From positions 44,664-108,663 of the forward strand of contig CAVVEU010000015.1 in the NCBI GenBank assembly GCA_963747235.1: a DNA stretch of 64,000 nucleotides, written 5' to 3'. This stretch comes from an uncultured Candidatus Rokubacteria bacterium. GTDB taxonomy: Bacteria > Methylomirabilota > Methylomirabilia > Rokubacteriales > CSP1-6. Of the stretch, positions 1-10,649 are shown piece by piece. How positions within the stretch are numbered: the stretch's first letter is position 1; every line of letters starts with the position of its first letter. The notes beneath the pieces are model-generated. The model searched no databases, was not told the origin of the DNA, and saw only the letters and a program-made list of their open reading frames with translations. A program made the translations under genes and the position numbers.

Positions 1-278
1 CCAGCGCCCCGTCCATCCCGCTGGCCACGGAGGTGACGGCGCCGGAGCCGCCGCCCGCCCCGCGCCCGGCGCCCGCGCGGGTGACCGCGCGCGCCATCGC
101 TCCCGTGAGTGGGGGCAGCGGCGCGCTGGCCGAGATGAAGCTGCTCACCGCGTCCGAGATGGCGCGGCTCAAGGGCTACGAAGGCGATCCGTGCGGCGAC
201 TGCGGCCAGTTCACCATGGTGCGCAACGGCACCTGCCTCAAGTGCATCACCTGCGGCACCACGACCGGCTGCTCGTAG
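1..278 (+). CDS. nrdJ: Class II (B12-dependent) ribonucleotide reductase, C-terminal end (5' truncated by window)
   Basis: Ends ARLKGYEGDPCGDCGQFTMVRNGTCLKCITCGTTTGCS, the characteristic C-terminal Zn-ribbon of NrdJ. Confidence 0.85.
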   Translation, partial: SAPSIPLATEVTAPEPPPAPRPAPARVTARAIAPVSGGSGALAEMKLLTASEMARLKGYEGDPCGDCGQFTMVRNGTCLKCITCGTTTGCS

Positions 279-294
279 GCCTGGCGGCCACCGC

Positions 295-382
295 CCCCTC
301 ACCCCACCCTCTCCCCCTCACGGGGGAGAGGGTTCGTTCTCCTTCTCCCTCTCCCCTCTGGGGAGAGGGCCGGGGTGAGGGG
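295..382. repeat. REP-like branched palindromic element
   Basis: Outer stem CCCCTCACCCC (295-305)/GGGGTGAGGGG (372-382) encloses two CCCTCTCCCC...GGGGAGAGGG hairpins (307-332, 347-369); intergenic. Confidence 0.8.
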
Positions 383-405
383 CTCCGAGATCAGGCGTTC
401 CTCGC

Positions 406-2031
406 ATGAGCCACCCGCTGGCCCGAAGCGCGCGCCCCGCGCGGCATGGTCGCCACGCCGCACCTCCTCGCCACCCAGTCCGGCCTGGCCGCACTGCGGG
501 CGGGCGGCAACGCGCTCGACGCGGCCATCGCGGCGGCGGCCACCATCGCGGTGGTCTATCCCGCACATGAACGGCCTGGGCGGCGACAACGTGTGGCTCA
601 TCTACGACGCGCGCCAGCAGCGGCTGCGCGCCCTCTGCGCGGTGGGCCGCGCCGCGCGCGCGGCCAGCCATCGACTGGTACGCGGCGCGCGGCATCACGG
701 GCGCCATCCCGTCGCGCGGCGGCCCCGCCGCGCTCACCGTGCCCGCGGCGGTGGACGGCTGGTGGCAGGCGCACGAGTACAGCCGCGGGGCGATGGGCTC
801 GCCGGTCGGCTGGAAGGCGCTGCTGGCCGACGCGATCCTGTACGCGCGCGAGGGCTTCCAGGCCTCCGACGGCCAGCGCATCCCGCCGCCCCGCGAGCCC
901 GATCTGTTCACCGAGCGCGCGCCCGAGGAGATTCGCCGCGCGCTCTGGCCGCTCTACCACCCGGACGCCCTGCGCCGCGGGCCGCTCGTGCAGCGCGACC
1001 TGGCCCGCACGCTGGAGGCGGTGCGCGACGGCGGGGCCGAGAGCTTCTACCATGGAGACGTCGCCCGGCGTCTCGTGGCGGCGGCCGCCGCGGCGGGTAG
1101 CCCGCTCGCGGTCGAGGATCTGGCCGAGCATCGCTCGGACTGGATGGAGCCGCTGCGCATCGCGTACGCGGAAGGCCAGGTCGCGAGCTTCCCGCCGCCG
1201 ACCCAGGGCATCTCGGCGCTCGCGATGCTGGGCATGACCGAGCGCTTCGACATGAGCGCCCTGCCCGAGGCCGACTACATCCACGTGCTCGTGGAGGCCA
1301 CCAAGCTCGCCTTCGACGATCGCGACCGGTACCTCACCGATCCGGCCCACATGCGCGTGAGCCCCGTCGAGCTGCTGGCGCCGGAGCGCCTCCAGGCCCG
1401 CGCCAAGCTGATCTCGCGCGAGCGCGCGCGCCCGCCCCAGCCCGCCGCGCCCACGGGCGGCGACACCATCGCGCTCGTCACCGCCGACCGGGAAGGCAAC
1501 GCGGTCTCGCTGATCCAGTCGCTCTACTTCACCTTCGGCGCGGCGGTGCTCGCCGGCGACACCGGGGTGGTGCTGCAGAACCGCGGCTCGTTCTTCTCCC
1601 TCGATCCCGGCCACGTCAACGCGCTCGCCCCGGGCAAGCGGACGATGCACACGCTGATCCCGTCCATGTATCTCGAGGGCGGGCGGCCCCGCTTCGTCTA
1701 CGGGACCATGGGCGGCGAGGGCCAGCCGCAGACCCAGGCCGCCATCCTCACCCGCTGCCTGTTCCGGCGGTTCGGCTTGCAGGCCGCGATCGAGGCTCCG
1801 CGCTGGCTCTACGGGCGCACGTGGGGAACCGCGTCACGGGCGCTCAGCCTGGAGGGACGCTACTCGCAGGAGCTCGCGGCGGAGCTGGCCGGCCGCGGGC
1901 ACGAGGTCGCGATCGGCGGGGAGTGGGACGATCTCTTCGGGCACGCGCACGGCATCTGGGTGGCCCCGGAGGACGGCGGCCTGGTCGGCGGGTCGGACCC
2001 GCGGGCGGACGGCGGCGCGCTGGGGTTCTAG
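406..2031 (+). CDS. ggt: Gamma-glutamyltransferase family protein (frameshifted near 440, 563, 668)
   Basis: GMVATPHLLA..GGNALDAAIAA, PHMNGLGGD, PPPTQG, GDT nucleophile site, LQNRG, KRTMHTL, GTMGGEGQPQ, GSDPRADG; pieces lie in three frames. Confidence 0.9.
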
Positions 2032-3659
2032 GCGTTACCGCCGGCCAGGGCCTTGTAGAGCTCGAGGCCGACCTGCGAGAGATCCGAGCGGGTCTCGATC
2101 GGCAGCCCCGCGTTGGTCCAGGCGCCGATGCCGCCCTTCAGGATCCGCACGTCCTTGAAGCCCATCTTGCGCAGGTCGCGGGCGACCCGGGCGCTGGTGT
2201 CCTCGTCCGGGCAGGAGCAGTAGGCGATCACCGGGCGGGCCGGATCGAGGTCGAGGCCCGCCATGCTGTTGGCCAGATCCTCCGGCACCACCCGCACCGA
2301 GCCGGGGATCTTCAGCGGGAGCTGCTCGTAGGCGTCGGACTTGCGCGCGTCGAGGATGGTCGGCGACTTGCCGGCCTCGATCATCCGCACCACCTCGAAG
2401 GGGTGGACGCGGTAGCGGTTCTTGTTCCAGCGATGCAGCCACTGCCCGCCGAAGCCGCCCGCGCTCACCAGGGTCACGCCGACCGCCACCCAGAACCACG
2501 GGAAGGGCTTGGGCGGCGGGTTCTTCAGGTACTCCCGCGTCTCGGCCAGCTTGCGCCGGACGTCGGGCAGGTTCGGGTGGAGCTTGTCGGCTTCCTCGAA
2601 GCGACGCAGGGCGCCGCCGTAGTCCTCCCCGTAGAAGGCGGTCAGGCCCGCATACCAGACGTCGTTGAACTTGCTGGGCCCGTTGACCTTCACCGGTGTG
2701 CCGCGCACGAAGTCGGCCACCGCCGCCGACGGGATCACGAAGTTGAAGCCCTGGACGATGGCCCCCTCCGCGCCCGGCGCCAGCGACACGAAGGTGAGCA
2801 CCCCCACCACCCGGCCCCGGTCGTCCACCGTGGGACCGCCCGAGTTCCCCCACGCGGCCGAGGCATCGGTCTGGATGAGGGGATTGTTGCTCGCGTCCGC
2901 CTGGATCGCGGAGACGGCGCCGTTGGTCACGACGGAGTCCACCATGGTGGACTTGCTGAGCAGCTCGTGGGTGAGCACCACGCCCGGGAAGCCCAGGATG
3001 TGCACCGGGTCGCCGATCTGGACCCCGCGGGAATCGGCCAGGGGCAGCACCGGGAAGGAGTCCCCGTCGACCTTCAGGAGGGCGAGGTCCTTGGCCGACA
3101 TCTCGCTGACCGGCGGGCTGTACTTCTTGACCTCGGCCTTCAGCCGACCCTTGGCGGTGACCACGAAGATCTGGGGCTGGAGGTTGACCTTGGTGGTGGG
3201 CAGCACGGTGTCGAGCAGCTTGCGCTTCGCCGCCTCCTCGCGGTCCGACGCATCCCCCGGCTGCAGCCCCATCTTCTTGAGCATCTGGGGGAGGCAGGCC
3301 GTCGTCACCGCCCGCTGGGCCTGCTGGTTCGCCAGCCAGCGGGGCGGCTCGTGGGCCGGCTGTACCACGTGGCCGTTGGTGATCAGCCAGCCGTCGGCGT
3401 CCAGGAACCAGCCGGTTCCGGTCTCCCGGTAGACGGGCGGGGTGATCTTCTGGGGACCGGAGCCGTATCCGCAGTCCAGCGTGACCTCGGAGGCCACCTC
3501 GGCCACCACCAGCACCACCGCCGGCTTGGCGCGCTGCAGGGCCTCCTGGACCGTGATGGGCTTCTGGGCGGAGGCGGCGGCGGGGAACGAGGCGGCGGCC
3601 ATGACGACGGCCGCCCCGAACAGCGCTGAACGCAGTATCATAGGCCCACTGCGGGCCAT
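2028..3659 (-). CDS. Trypsin-like serine protease with TPR-like segment, TM helix and C-terminal rhodanese domain
   Basis: Signal peptide; triad TNGHVV / KDLALL / GNSGGP; TM WFWVAVGVTLVSAGGF; rhodanese ILDAR...YCSCPDE..SARVA...LKGGIGAW. Confidence 0.85.
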   Translation of the reverse strand: MARSGPMILRSALFGAAVVMAAASFPAAASAQKPITVQEALQRAKPAVVLVVAEVASEVTLDCGYGSGPQKITPPVYRETGTGWFLDADGWLITNGHVVQPAHEPPRWLANQQAQRAVTTACLPQMLKKMGLQPGDASDREEAAKRKLLDTVLPTTKVNLQPQIFVVTAKGRLKAEVKKYSPPVSEMSAKDLALLKVDGDSFPVLPLADSRGVQIGDPVHILGFPGVVLTHELLSKSTMVDSVVTNGAVSAIQADASNNPLIQTDASAAWGNSGGPTVDDRGRVVGVLTFVSLAPGAEGAIVQGFNFVIPSAAVADFVRGTPVKVNGPSKFNDVWYAGLTAFYGEDYGGALRRFEEADKLHPNLPDVRRKLAETREYLKNPPPKPFPWFWVAVGVTLVSAGGFGGQWLHRWNKNRYRVHPFEVVRMIEAGKSPTILDARKSDAYEQLPLKIPGSVRVVPEDLANSMAGLDLDPARPVIAYCSCPDEDTSARVARDLRKMGFKDVRILKGGIGAWTNAGLPIETRSDLSQVGLELYKALAGGNA

Positions 3660-3680
3660 TCTAACACCGAGTCAGGAGCC

Positions 3681-4086
3681 ATGAGCCGGCCAATCGGGGA
3701 AGTCCCAACCAGAACGTTCCAGCCCGGCGACGTCATCTTTCGCGAGGGGGACGACGCCAAGAGCGAGGCGTTCATGGTGCACGGGGGCCGCGTGGACATC
3801 CGCAAGCATATCGGCGGCGAGGAGCGCCTGCTGAGAACGCTCGCCAAGGGTGAGCTGCTCGGACAGATCGCGCTCTTCCGGAATGCCCCGCGCTCGGCCA
3901 CCGCGATCGCCGCCGACGCGGTCACGCTCATGGTCATTCCCGCCAACCGCCTCGATCACCTCGTGCGGGCGAATCCGGCACTCGCCATCGCGATAATCCG
4001 CGACCTGGCCGCCAACCTGGTCGCCGCGGAAGACCGGCTGCGCGAGTTCGAGGACGAAGCAGAGGAAGAAGCAGGAGGAGAAGTAG
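3681..4086 (+). CDS. Cyclic nucleotide-binding domain protein
   Basis: [26 protein letters not shown] cNMP motifs; likely true stop TAG 4084-4086 after an indel near 4047. Confidence 0.8.
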
Positions 4087-4090
4087 CCGC

Positions 4091-5313
4091 TCAGGCGGCG
4101 GCGACGAGACCGAAGGCCTCGGCCGCGACGCCCGCGACGTGGCGCCCGATGGCCAGCGACGCGGTGGCGCCCGGAGAGGGCGCGTTCACCACGTGCACGG
4201 CGCCCGCCGTCACGCTGATCTTGAAGTCGTCGATCAGCGAGCCGTCCGGGGCCACCGCCTGCGCGCGCACCCCCGCCCCGCCCCGCTCGAGATCGGACGC
4301 CGCAATGTCGGGCACCAGCTTCTGCAGCGACCGCACGAAGGCCGCCTTGCTCGCCGAGCGGTACATCTCGAAGGCGCCGACGCGCCAGTACTTGCGCGCC
4401 ATGTGCCAGAAGCCCGCGTAGCCGAGCGTGCCCAGGAGCTCGCCGGGCCGCACCGTGCCGAGCGTGTAGCCCTCGCGCGCGAAGGCCAGCACCGCGTTCG
4501 GCCCCGCCTCCACGTCGCCGTGGATGGTGCGGGTGAAGTGGACGCCCAGGAACGGGAACTCGGGATCCGGCACCGGGTAGATGAGCCCGCGCACGATCGA
4601 GCGGCGCTCCGGGCGCAGCATGTAGTACTCGCCGCGGAACGGGATGATCCGCACCTCCGGGGTCACGCCCATCAGGGCGGCCACCCGGTCCGAGTGCAGC
4701 CCGGCGCAGTTGACGAGGTGCTTCGCCTCCACCGCGCCCTGCGCGGTCTCGAGCACGAGCGCGCTCCCCTGCCGCCGGATCGCGGTCACGCCGGCGCCGG
4801 TGAGGATGCGGACGCCGCGCTGCTGGAGGAGCTCGGCCATCTTGGCCACCACCTGGATGTAGTCCACGATCCCGGTCTCGGGCACGTGGATCGCGCGCAC
4901 CGCGCGGCAGTTCGGCTCGTAGGCGCGCACTTCCTCCGCCGCGAGCATCTTGAGGCCGGTGAGCCCGTTGGCCTGGCCGCGCTCGTAGATGGTCTGCAAG
5001 CCGCGGCAGCTCGTTCGCGTCGGTGGCCACGATGATCTTGCCGCAGCCCTCCCACTTGATGCCGTGGGTGTCGCAGAACTCCTTCATGCGGCGCGCCCCG
5101 TCCACGCAGAGCTTCGCCTTGAGCGAGCCGGGCTTGTAGTAGACGCCGGAGTGGATGACGCCGCTGTTGTGGCCGGTCTGGTGCGAGCCGAGCTGCGGCT
5201 CCTTGTCGAGCAGGATGACCCGCAGGCGCGGGTAGCGCCTCCGTGAGGGCCAGGGCGGTGCCCAGGCCCACGATGCCGCCGCCGATGATCGCCAGGTCCG
5301 TGGTCTGCGTCAC
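4091..5313 (-). CDS. lhgO: L-2-hydroxyglutarate oxidase-like FAD oxidoreductase (frameshifted)
   Basis: [11 protein letters not shown] motif, [48 protein letters not shown]. Confidence 0.88.
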
Positions 5314-5342
5314 GGCCGCCAGGATACCATCACCGTCCGGGG

Positions 5343-6104
5343 TTACTCCAGCGTCAGGGTGATCGGGCAGTGGTCCGAGCCCACCACGTGGGGCAGGATC
5401 GTGGCCGCGCGCACGCGGGCGCGCAGCTCGTCCGAGACGAAGAAGTAGTCGATGCGCCAGCCGATGTTGCGCGCCCGCGCGCCCGTCTTGAGGTCCCACC
5501 ACGTGTAGTGGCCGGGCTCGGGGGTGAAGAGCCGGAACGTGTCGTGATAGCCGGCCGCGATGAAGCGCGCCACCCACTCGCGCTCGGCGGGCAGGAAGCC
5601 CGACGTCCGCTCGTGCTCCTTCGGGCGGGCCAGGTCCAGCTCGGTGTGCGCGGTGTTGACGTCGCCGCACACCACGACGCCCTTGCCCCGCTTGCGCAGC
5701 GACTCGGTGAGCGTGAGGAAGGCCTCGTAGAAGGCGAGCTTGTGCTGCACCCGCTCGGGCCCCATCCCCCCGTTGGGGAAGTACACGTTGAAGAGATGGA
5801 AGTCGGGCAGCTCGGTGTGCACCAGCCGCCCCTCGCAGTCGAGCACCGGCGAGTCGCAGAGCGTGCTGGCCGCGAGCGGCTCGGGCTTGAGATAGGTCGC
5901 CACGCCGCTATAGCCCTTGCGCTCCGCGAAGCTCCAGTAGCTCCGGTAGCCGAGCGGCGCCCGCATCTCGTCGGTGACCTGCTCGGCCTGCAGCTTGGTC
6001 TCCTGCAGGCAGACCACGTCGGCCGCCTCCGCGCCGAGGATGTCGAGCAGGCCCTTCTTCCAGATGGAGCGGAGCCCGTTGATGTTCCAGGACAGGAGCT
6101 TCAA
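5343..6104 (-). CDS. xth: Exodeoxyribonuclease III / AP endonuclease
   Basis: SWNINGLRS, LQETK, KGYSGVA, GDVNTAH, GWRIDY, SDHCP; TTG start at 6102-6104. Confidence 0.92.
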   Translation of the reverse strand: MKLLSWNINGLRSIWKKGLLDILGAEAADVVCLQETKLQAEQVTDEMRAPLGYRSYWSFAERKGYSGVATYLKPEPLAASTLCDSPVLDCEGRLVHTELPDFHLFNVYFPNGGMGPERVQHKLAFYEAFLTLTESLRKRGKGVVVCGDVNTAHTELDLARPKEHERTSGFLPAEREWVARFIAAGYHDTFRLFTPEPGHYTWWDLKTGARARNIGWRIDYFFVSDELRARVRAATILPHVVGSDHCPITLTLE

Positions 6105-6866
6105 GGCGAGCGGTAGATCCTCCGCGCGATCCTCGGGGACGTAGCCCAGCACCGCGCGCGCGTGCTCGATGTCGCGGTAGCCCCACTTGTTGTCCGAGGT
6201 GATGAAGAACACGTCGAAGCGCAGGCTGTCCGGCGCGGCCAGCGCGCGCTCGATCGCCTGGGCGATGTCGCGCCGGCTGCACCAGACCGAGAACTCGCGC
6301 GGCTTCACCGGCCGGTCCCCTTCGCTCACGTGGCCGATGCGCAGGCAGATCATGGACATGGCCGTGGTGTCCGCGAAGTGCCGGGCGAGCGCCTCGCCCC
6401 AGACCTTGCTGCAGCCGTAGAGGCCGTTCGGGCGCATCGGCGACTCGTGGGTGAGCATGGGCCAGTCGGCGACGTCATCGTAGCGGCCGGCGGCCAGCGC
6501 CGCGTAGGGCGCGTCCGTCTCGATGCGGCTCACGGTGGCGCCGCTGCTCGCGTAGATCACCCGCTTCACGGAGGCCCGGCGCGCGGCCTCGAAGACATTG
6601 TAGGTGCCGACCACGTTGTCGCGCAGCACCGCGGCCCACCCCGGCGTGCCCTCGACGTTGGCCACGTTGGCGGCCAGGTGCACGACCGCGTCCACGTCGC
6701 GGAAGGCGGGCGCGATGGCGTCCAGGTCGCCGATGTCGGCCTGGTGCGTCTCCACGCCCGCGACCGGGCGGCGGTTGAGCGCCCGCAGGGCCCAGCGCCC
6801 CTCGAGGCGGGCGCGCACCGCGGTGCCGATGAGGCCGCTCATGCCCGTGACCAGGACCCGGCGCAT
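6101..6866 (-). CDS. NAD-dependent epimerase/dehydratase (uronate dehydrogenase-like)
   Basis: VLVTGMSGLIG, YGCSK; apparent in-frame fusion to xth is explained by one indel near 6117 (TGA at 6101-6103). Confidence 0.82.
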
Positions 6867-6963
6867 GGCGAGCACCATATCATGTCGCAGGGCGCAGGGA
6901 GCCGGGCGCGCGCTTGACCGCGCGACGGGCCGCGGCTACAGTCCCGACCGGGAGGACACCGCC

Positions 6964-7737
6964 ATGCTCGATCTGGGTCTCGCCGGGAAGGTCGCCATCG
7001 TCACCGGAGGCAGCGAGGGGCTCGGCCGCGCCACCGCCATGCGCCTGGCCGCGGAGGGCGCGCACGTCGTGATCTGCGCGCGCCGCAAGGACGTGCTGGA
7101 GCGCGCCGCCGAGGACGTCCGCCGCCAGACCGGCGTGCAGGTCCTGGCCCTGCCCGCCGACGTCACCCGCCCCGCCGACGTGGACGCGGTGGTGAGCGCG
7201 GCGCTCGGCACCTACGGGGGCGTGGACATCCTGGTCAACAACGCGGGCACCTCCTCCGCGGCCAGCTTCGAGAAGGTGGACGATGCCACGTGGGAGGCCG
7301 ACATCCAGGTCAAGCTCATGGCCGCGATCCGCTTCTGCCGGCTCGTGATCCCGCAGATGAAGACACGCGGGGGCGGCCGCATCATCAACGTGACCACCGT
7401 GGGCGGCAAGGCCCCCGCGGCCCGCGCGTTGCCCACCAGCGTGACGCGCGCCGCCGGCATCAACCTCACGAAGTCGCTGGCCAACGAGTACGCGCCGGAT
7501 CGCATCCTGGTGAACACGATCTGCCTGGGCCTCGTGAAGAGCGCGCAGTGGGAGCGCCGCGCCAAGGGCGGCGATCTGGAAGGCTACTACCGCGAAGCCG
7601 CCAAGCGCGTCCCGGTCGGCCGCATGGGCGAAGCCGAAGAGTTCGCCGACCTCGTCGCCTTCTTCGTCTCAGCCCGCGCCGCCTACATCACCGGCACCGC
7701 AATCAACTTCGACGGCGGCATGTCCGCCGCGTTTTAA
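6964..7737 (+). CDS. Short-chain dehydrogenase/reductase (SDR)
   Basis: TGGSEGLG, LVNNAG, YITGTAINFDGG; GGAGG RBS upstream. Confidence 0.9.
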   Translation: MLDLGLAGKVAIVTGGSEGLGRATAMRLAAEGAHVVICARRKDVLERAAEDVRRQTGVQVLALPADVTRPADVDAVVSAALGTYGGVDILVNNAGTSSAASFEKVDDATWEADIQVKLMAAIRFCRLVIPQMKTRGGGRIINVTTVGGKAPAARALPTSVTRAAGINLTKSLANEYAPDRILVNTICLGLVKSAQWERRAKGGDLEGYYREAAKRVPVGRMGEAEEFADLVAFFVSARAAYITGTAINFDGGMSAAF

Positions 7738-7805
7738 CCCGCGTCTCGTTTCAACCCGCTTCTAGGCGTTCGAGAAGGGAGATGGCCCCTTATCGGACGC
7801 CTGCC

Positions 7806-8778
7806 TTACCCCTGCTGGATCGCGCTCAGCTTGAAAGCGCCAGGGCCCACCGGACGGACGAACGTCCAGTACTCTTCGAACTTGACGGGCTCCGTCCGAC
7901 TCCCCTCGAGCACGCGCGCGCCGCTCTCGTCGGTGGTGTAGTCGAGCAGGCTCGCCAGGAAGTGCACCGTCACGTAGTCCTGGCCGGTCTCCTGCCAGGC
8001 CTCGGTGATGTCGGCGCTGCGCACCGCGATGTTCTCGAGCCGGTTGATCTTCTGATCCGCCCGCAGGCGGTCGCAGTCGCGCTGGAGCTGCGCCTGCATC
8101 TCCGGCGTGAGGTGGGCCGAGACGCTCCGGAGATCGCGGGCCGTCCACGCGCCCTGGACCTTGAAGAAGACGTCCGACGCGGTCTCCGCGAACGCGCGGG
8201 GATCGAAGCTCGCGTCCATCTGGCGGACATGCCCGAGGCCGCGCTCCAGATCGGACGGGCCGGCCGGGGGCGGCTCCAGCGTGGCGGTGCCGCCTCCCGA
8301 GGACGCGGACCCGTAGCGGGCTGACATCCCGGCGTCATCGCGAGGGCCCGGCCCGGTGTAGCCGCCGCCCGCCATCGCGTAGCCGGAGGGAACGGCCGCC
8401 GCCTGCCGACGCCGCATGTAGGAGATCGCGAACCAGGCCAGTGCGGCGATGATCAGGATCTCCATCATCCCGATGCCGCTGCCGAAGCCGCCCCCGAAGA
8501 GCAGCCCACCCAGCAGGCCGCCCAGCAGGAGGCCACCCAGCATCCCGCCCATCATGCCGCCCCAGCCCGGACGCGGCTGCGACGGGGACACCGCCGGCGA
8601 GGACGGCTGGCTCGGCGAGACGGGGCTGGAGCCCGGCCGGGCCGGCGAGGAGTAGCTGCGGGAGCCGCGGCTCCCGCTCGAGCTGCCGCCGCCCGGCGCG
8701 CGCCCATGCTTCGGTCACGGAGAGCACCGGCATGATCGCCAGCGCTATCAGAAGGGCCAGAGCCAGGGTCCGCTTCAT
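7806..8778 (-). CDS. Tim44-like domain membrane protein (frameshift near 8692)
   Basis: Signal peptide, SSGSRGSRSYS, Gly-rich GGLLGG TM segment, C-terminal FEEYWTFVR...LSAIQQ Tim44 domain. Confidence 0.85.
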
Positions 8779-8837
8779 CGCGTGCCTCCCTCAGTAGGGT
8801 TGTCGGGGTTGGTGGATGCTACGCGCACAGTATACGC

Positions 8838-8865
8838 GGAACTTTCCTCCCGGTGGCCGGTCTAA
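8838..8865 (+). promoter_or_regulatory. ECF (sigmaE-type) promoter
   Basis: GGAACTT-N16-TCTAA, matching the sigmaE consensus, ~45 nt upstream of ATG 8910. Confidence 0.6.
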
Positions 8866-8909
8866 GCGGGCAACCCATAGCCCCGCTCCGAGCGGGCCCG
8901 GAGGAGATC

Positions 8910-9956
8910 ATGAACCCATTTCGACGCTCGTTCCTCAAGCTGCTCGCCACCGGCGGCGCGGTCGCCGCCTCGGTCCCAACTCTCGCCCGGGCCGACCGAA
9001 TTCGCGTCCTGCCCGACGGCGGCGACGACGCCATCGCCCAGCTCGTGGCCGGGCAGCGCAGCCCGGAGCTCGGGCGGGCGCTGGGCGGCCTCACCCTGGG
9101 CCCGGCCGCCGTCCAGGGCGGCCTCGCGGTGCTGTGGCTGCACGCCAAGGACACCGGCGCGCCGGCGCTCGAGATCCTGACGCTCGACGAGGGCCGGGCC
9201 CGCGGCGCCCTCACGGTGATCGAGCGCGCCCAGGCCAGCGTGCCGGAGCTGATCGCGGAGAACCACGGCAAGACCCACGTGCTGCTCCTGGCCGGCGAGA
9301 TCCTGATCGGGGGCAAGCAGAACCGCGTGCTGCGCGAGGACCTGCTCCTGCCGCCGCTCAGCGGGCCGCGGAACATCGCGGTGTACTGCGTGGAGCAGGG
9401 CCGCTGGAACGAGGGCCGCAAGGACTTCGACAGCCGCGGCAGCGTGGTGCAGCCGAGTGTCCGCTCCCAGGTCCTGCGCAAGGCGGACCAGTCGCGCATC
9501 TGGTCCGGCGTCGCGTCCGCCTCGCGCGAGATGGCGGCACCCTCGGCGACCGGCAGCTACCAGGCCATCTACGACAAGCCCGAGGTGAAGGCGCACCTCG
9601 AGCAGACGACCCGGAGCTTCGATCCGACGGTGGCCCCCACCGCGGTCGGCGCCGCCGTCTTCGTGGGGCCGAATCTCGCCGGCGTGGACTGCTTCCACGC
9701 CCCGGGCCTCTTCGCGCGGGAGTGGCCCAAGCTGCTGCGCGCCTACGCGCTCGACGCCTACGGGACCGCCGCGGGCGCGTGGGACGAGGCGGCCGCGCGG
9801 GCGCGCACCGAGGGGCTCCTGCGCGCGGCCGCGCGCGTCGAGGGCGGCGCGCGCGGGAGCGTGGGGGCCGGGCGGCACTTCGAGTTCACGCTGGACGGCC
9901 GGCGCGGCGCCGCCCTGCTCTTCGAGGGCCAGGCGATCCATGTCGCGATCCTGTGA
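8910..9956 (+). CDS. Tat-exported protein of ARPP-1/DUF6569-like family
   Basis: RRSFLK Tat motif; GEILIGGKQNRVL and YCVEQGRW motifs; GGAGGAG RBS. Confidence 0.7.
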   Translation: MNPFRRSFLKLLATGGAVAASVPTLARADRIRVLPDGGDDAIAQLVAGQRSPELGRALGGLTLGPAAVQGGLAVLWLHAKDTGAPALEILTLDEGRARGALTVIERAQASVPELIAENHGKTHVLLLAGEILIGGKQNRVLREDLLLPPLSGPRNIAVYCVEQGRWNEGRKDFDSRGSVVQPSVRSQVLRKADQSRIWSGVASASREMAAPSATGSYQAIYDKPEVKAHLEQTTRSFDPTVAPTAVGAAVFVGPNLAGVDCFHAPGLFAREWPKLLRAYALDAYGTAAGAWDEAAARARTEGLLRAAARVEGGARGSVGAGRHFEFTLDGRRGAALLFEGQAIHVAIL

Positions 9957-10079
9957 GCGACGCGCGCGGAGGAACTTTTGATCGTCGGGCGCGCGCGCGT
10001 ATGATCTGGCCACACGCCGAGCCGCGCGCGGGGCCGAGCCCACCGCGTCGTCCCGGCGGCCAAGGAGGCCACACACGCG

Positions 10080-10649
10080 ATGGCGGCGAGATTGCCCTAC
10101 CTCGATCGGGCGCAGGTCGGCCCCGAGCTCCAGTCGGTCTTCGATACGCTCCAGAAGGCGAGCGGACGCGTGCTCAACTTCTACCGGCTCATGGCGCACC
10201 ACGCACGGTCGGTGGCGCCGTTCGTCGCCTGGTACCCGCAGCTCCGCGAGGGCGCGCTCGACCTCAAGCTCCGCTACCTGGCCTACGTCCGCGCGTCGCA
10301 GCTCAACCGCTGCCGCTACTGCGTCACCCACAACGGGGCCGCCGCGCGCCGCGTCGGCGTCTCCCGGGAGCAGCTCGACGCGCTCGCCGACTTCCAGACC
10401 AGCCCGCTCTTCTCGGAGCTCGAGCGGCTCGTGCTCCGGTACGCGGAGGAGATGACCCTTCGCGTCCAGGTGGACCCGGCGCTCGTGGGGACGCTCAAGA
10501 AACACCTCGACCCCGAGTCGCTGGTGCAGCTCACCCTCTCCGTCGCCGCGGCCAACTTCACCAACCGCTTCAACGAAGCGCTCGGCACCGAGCTCGAGTT
10601 CGAGGAGGGCCGCGTCGAGCCTTCCGCGGCGTCCCGCCCCGCCGGGTGA
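10080..10649 (+). CDS. Carboxymuconolactone decarboxylase/AhpD-like protein
   Basis: SQLNRCRYCVTH CxxC motif, ANFTNRFN. Confidence 0.85.
   Translation: MAARLPYLDRAQVGPELQSVFDTLQKASGRVLNFYRLMAHHARSVAPFVAWYPQLREGALDLKLRYLAYVRASQLNRCRYCVTHNGAAARRVGVSREQLDALADFQTSPLFSELERLVLRYAEEMTLRVQVDPALVGTLKKHLDPESLVQLTLSVAAANFTNRFNEALGTELEFEEGRVEPSAASRPAG

Noticed and set aside
5343-6878. Epimerase-exonuclease III fusion ORF (511 aa)
   Set aside because: A TTGA start/stop overlap at 6101-6104 and one indel near 6117 restore two ordinary genes.
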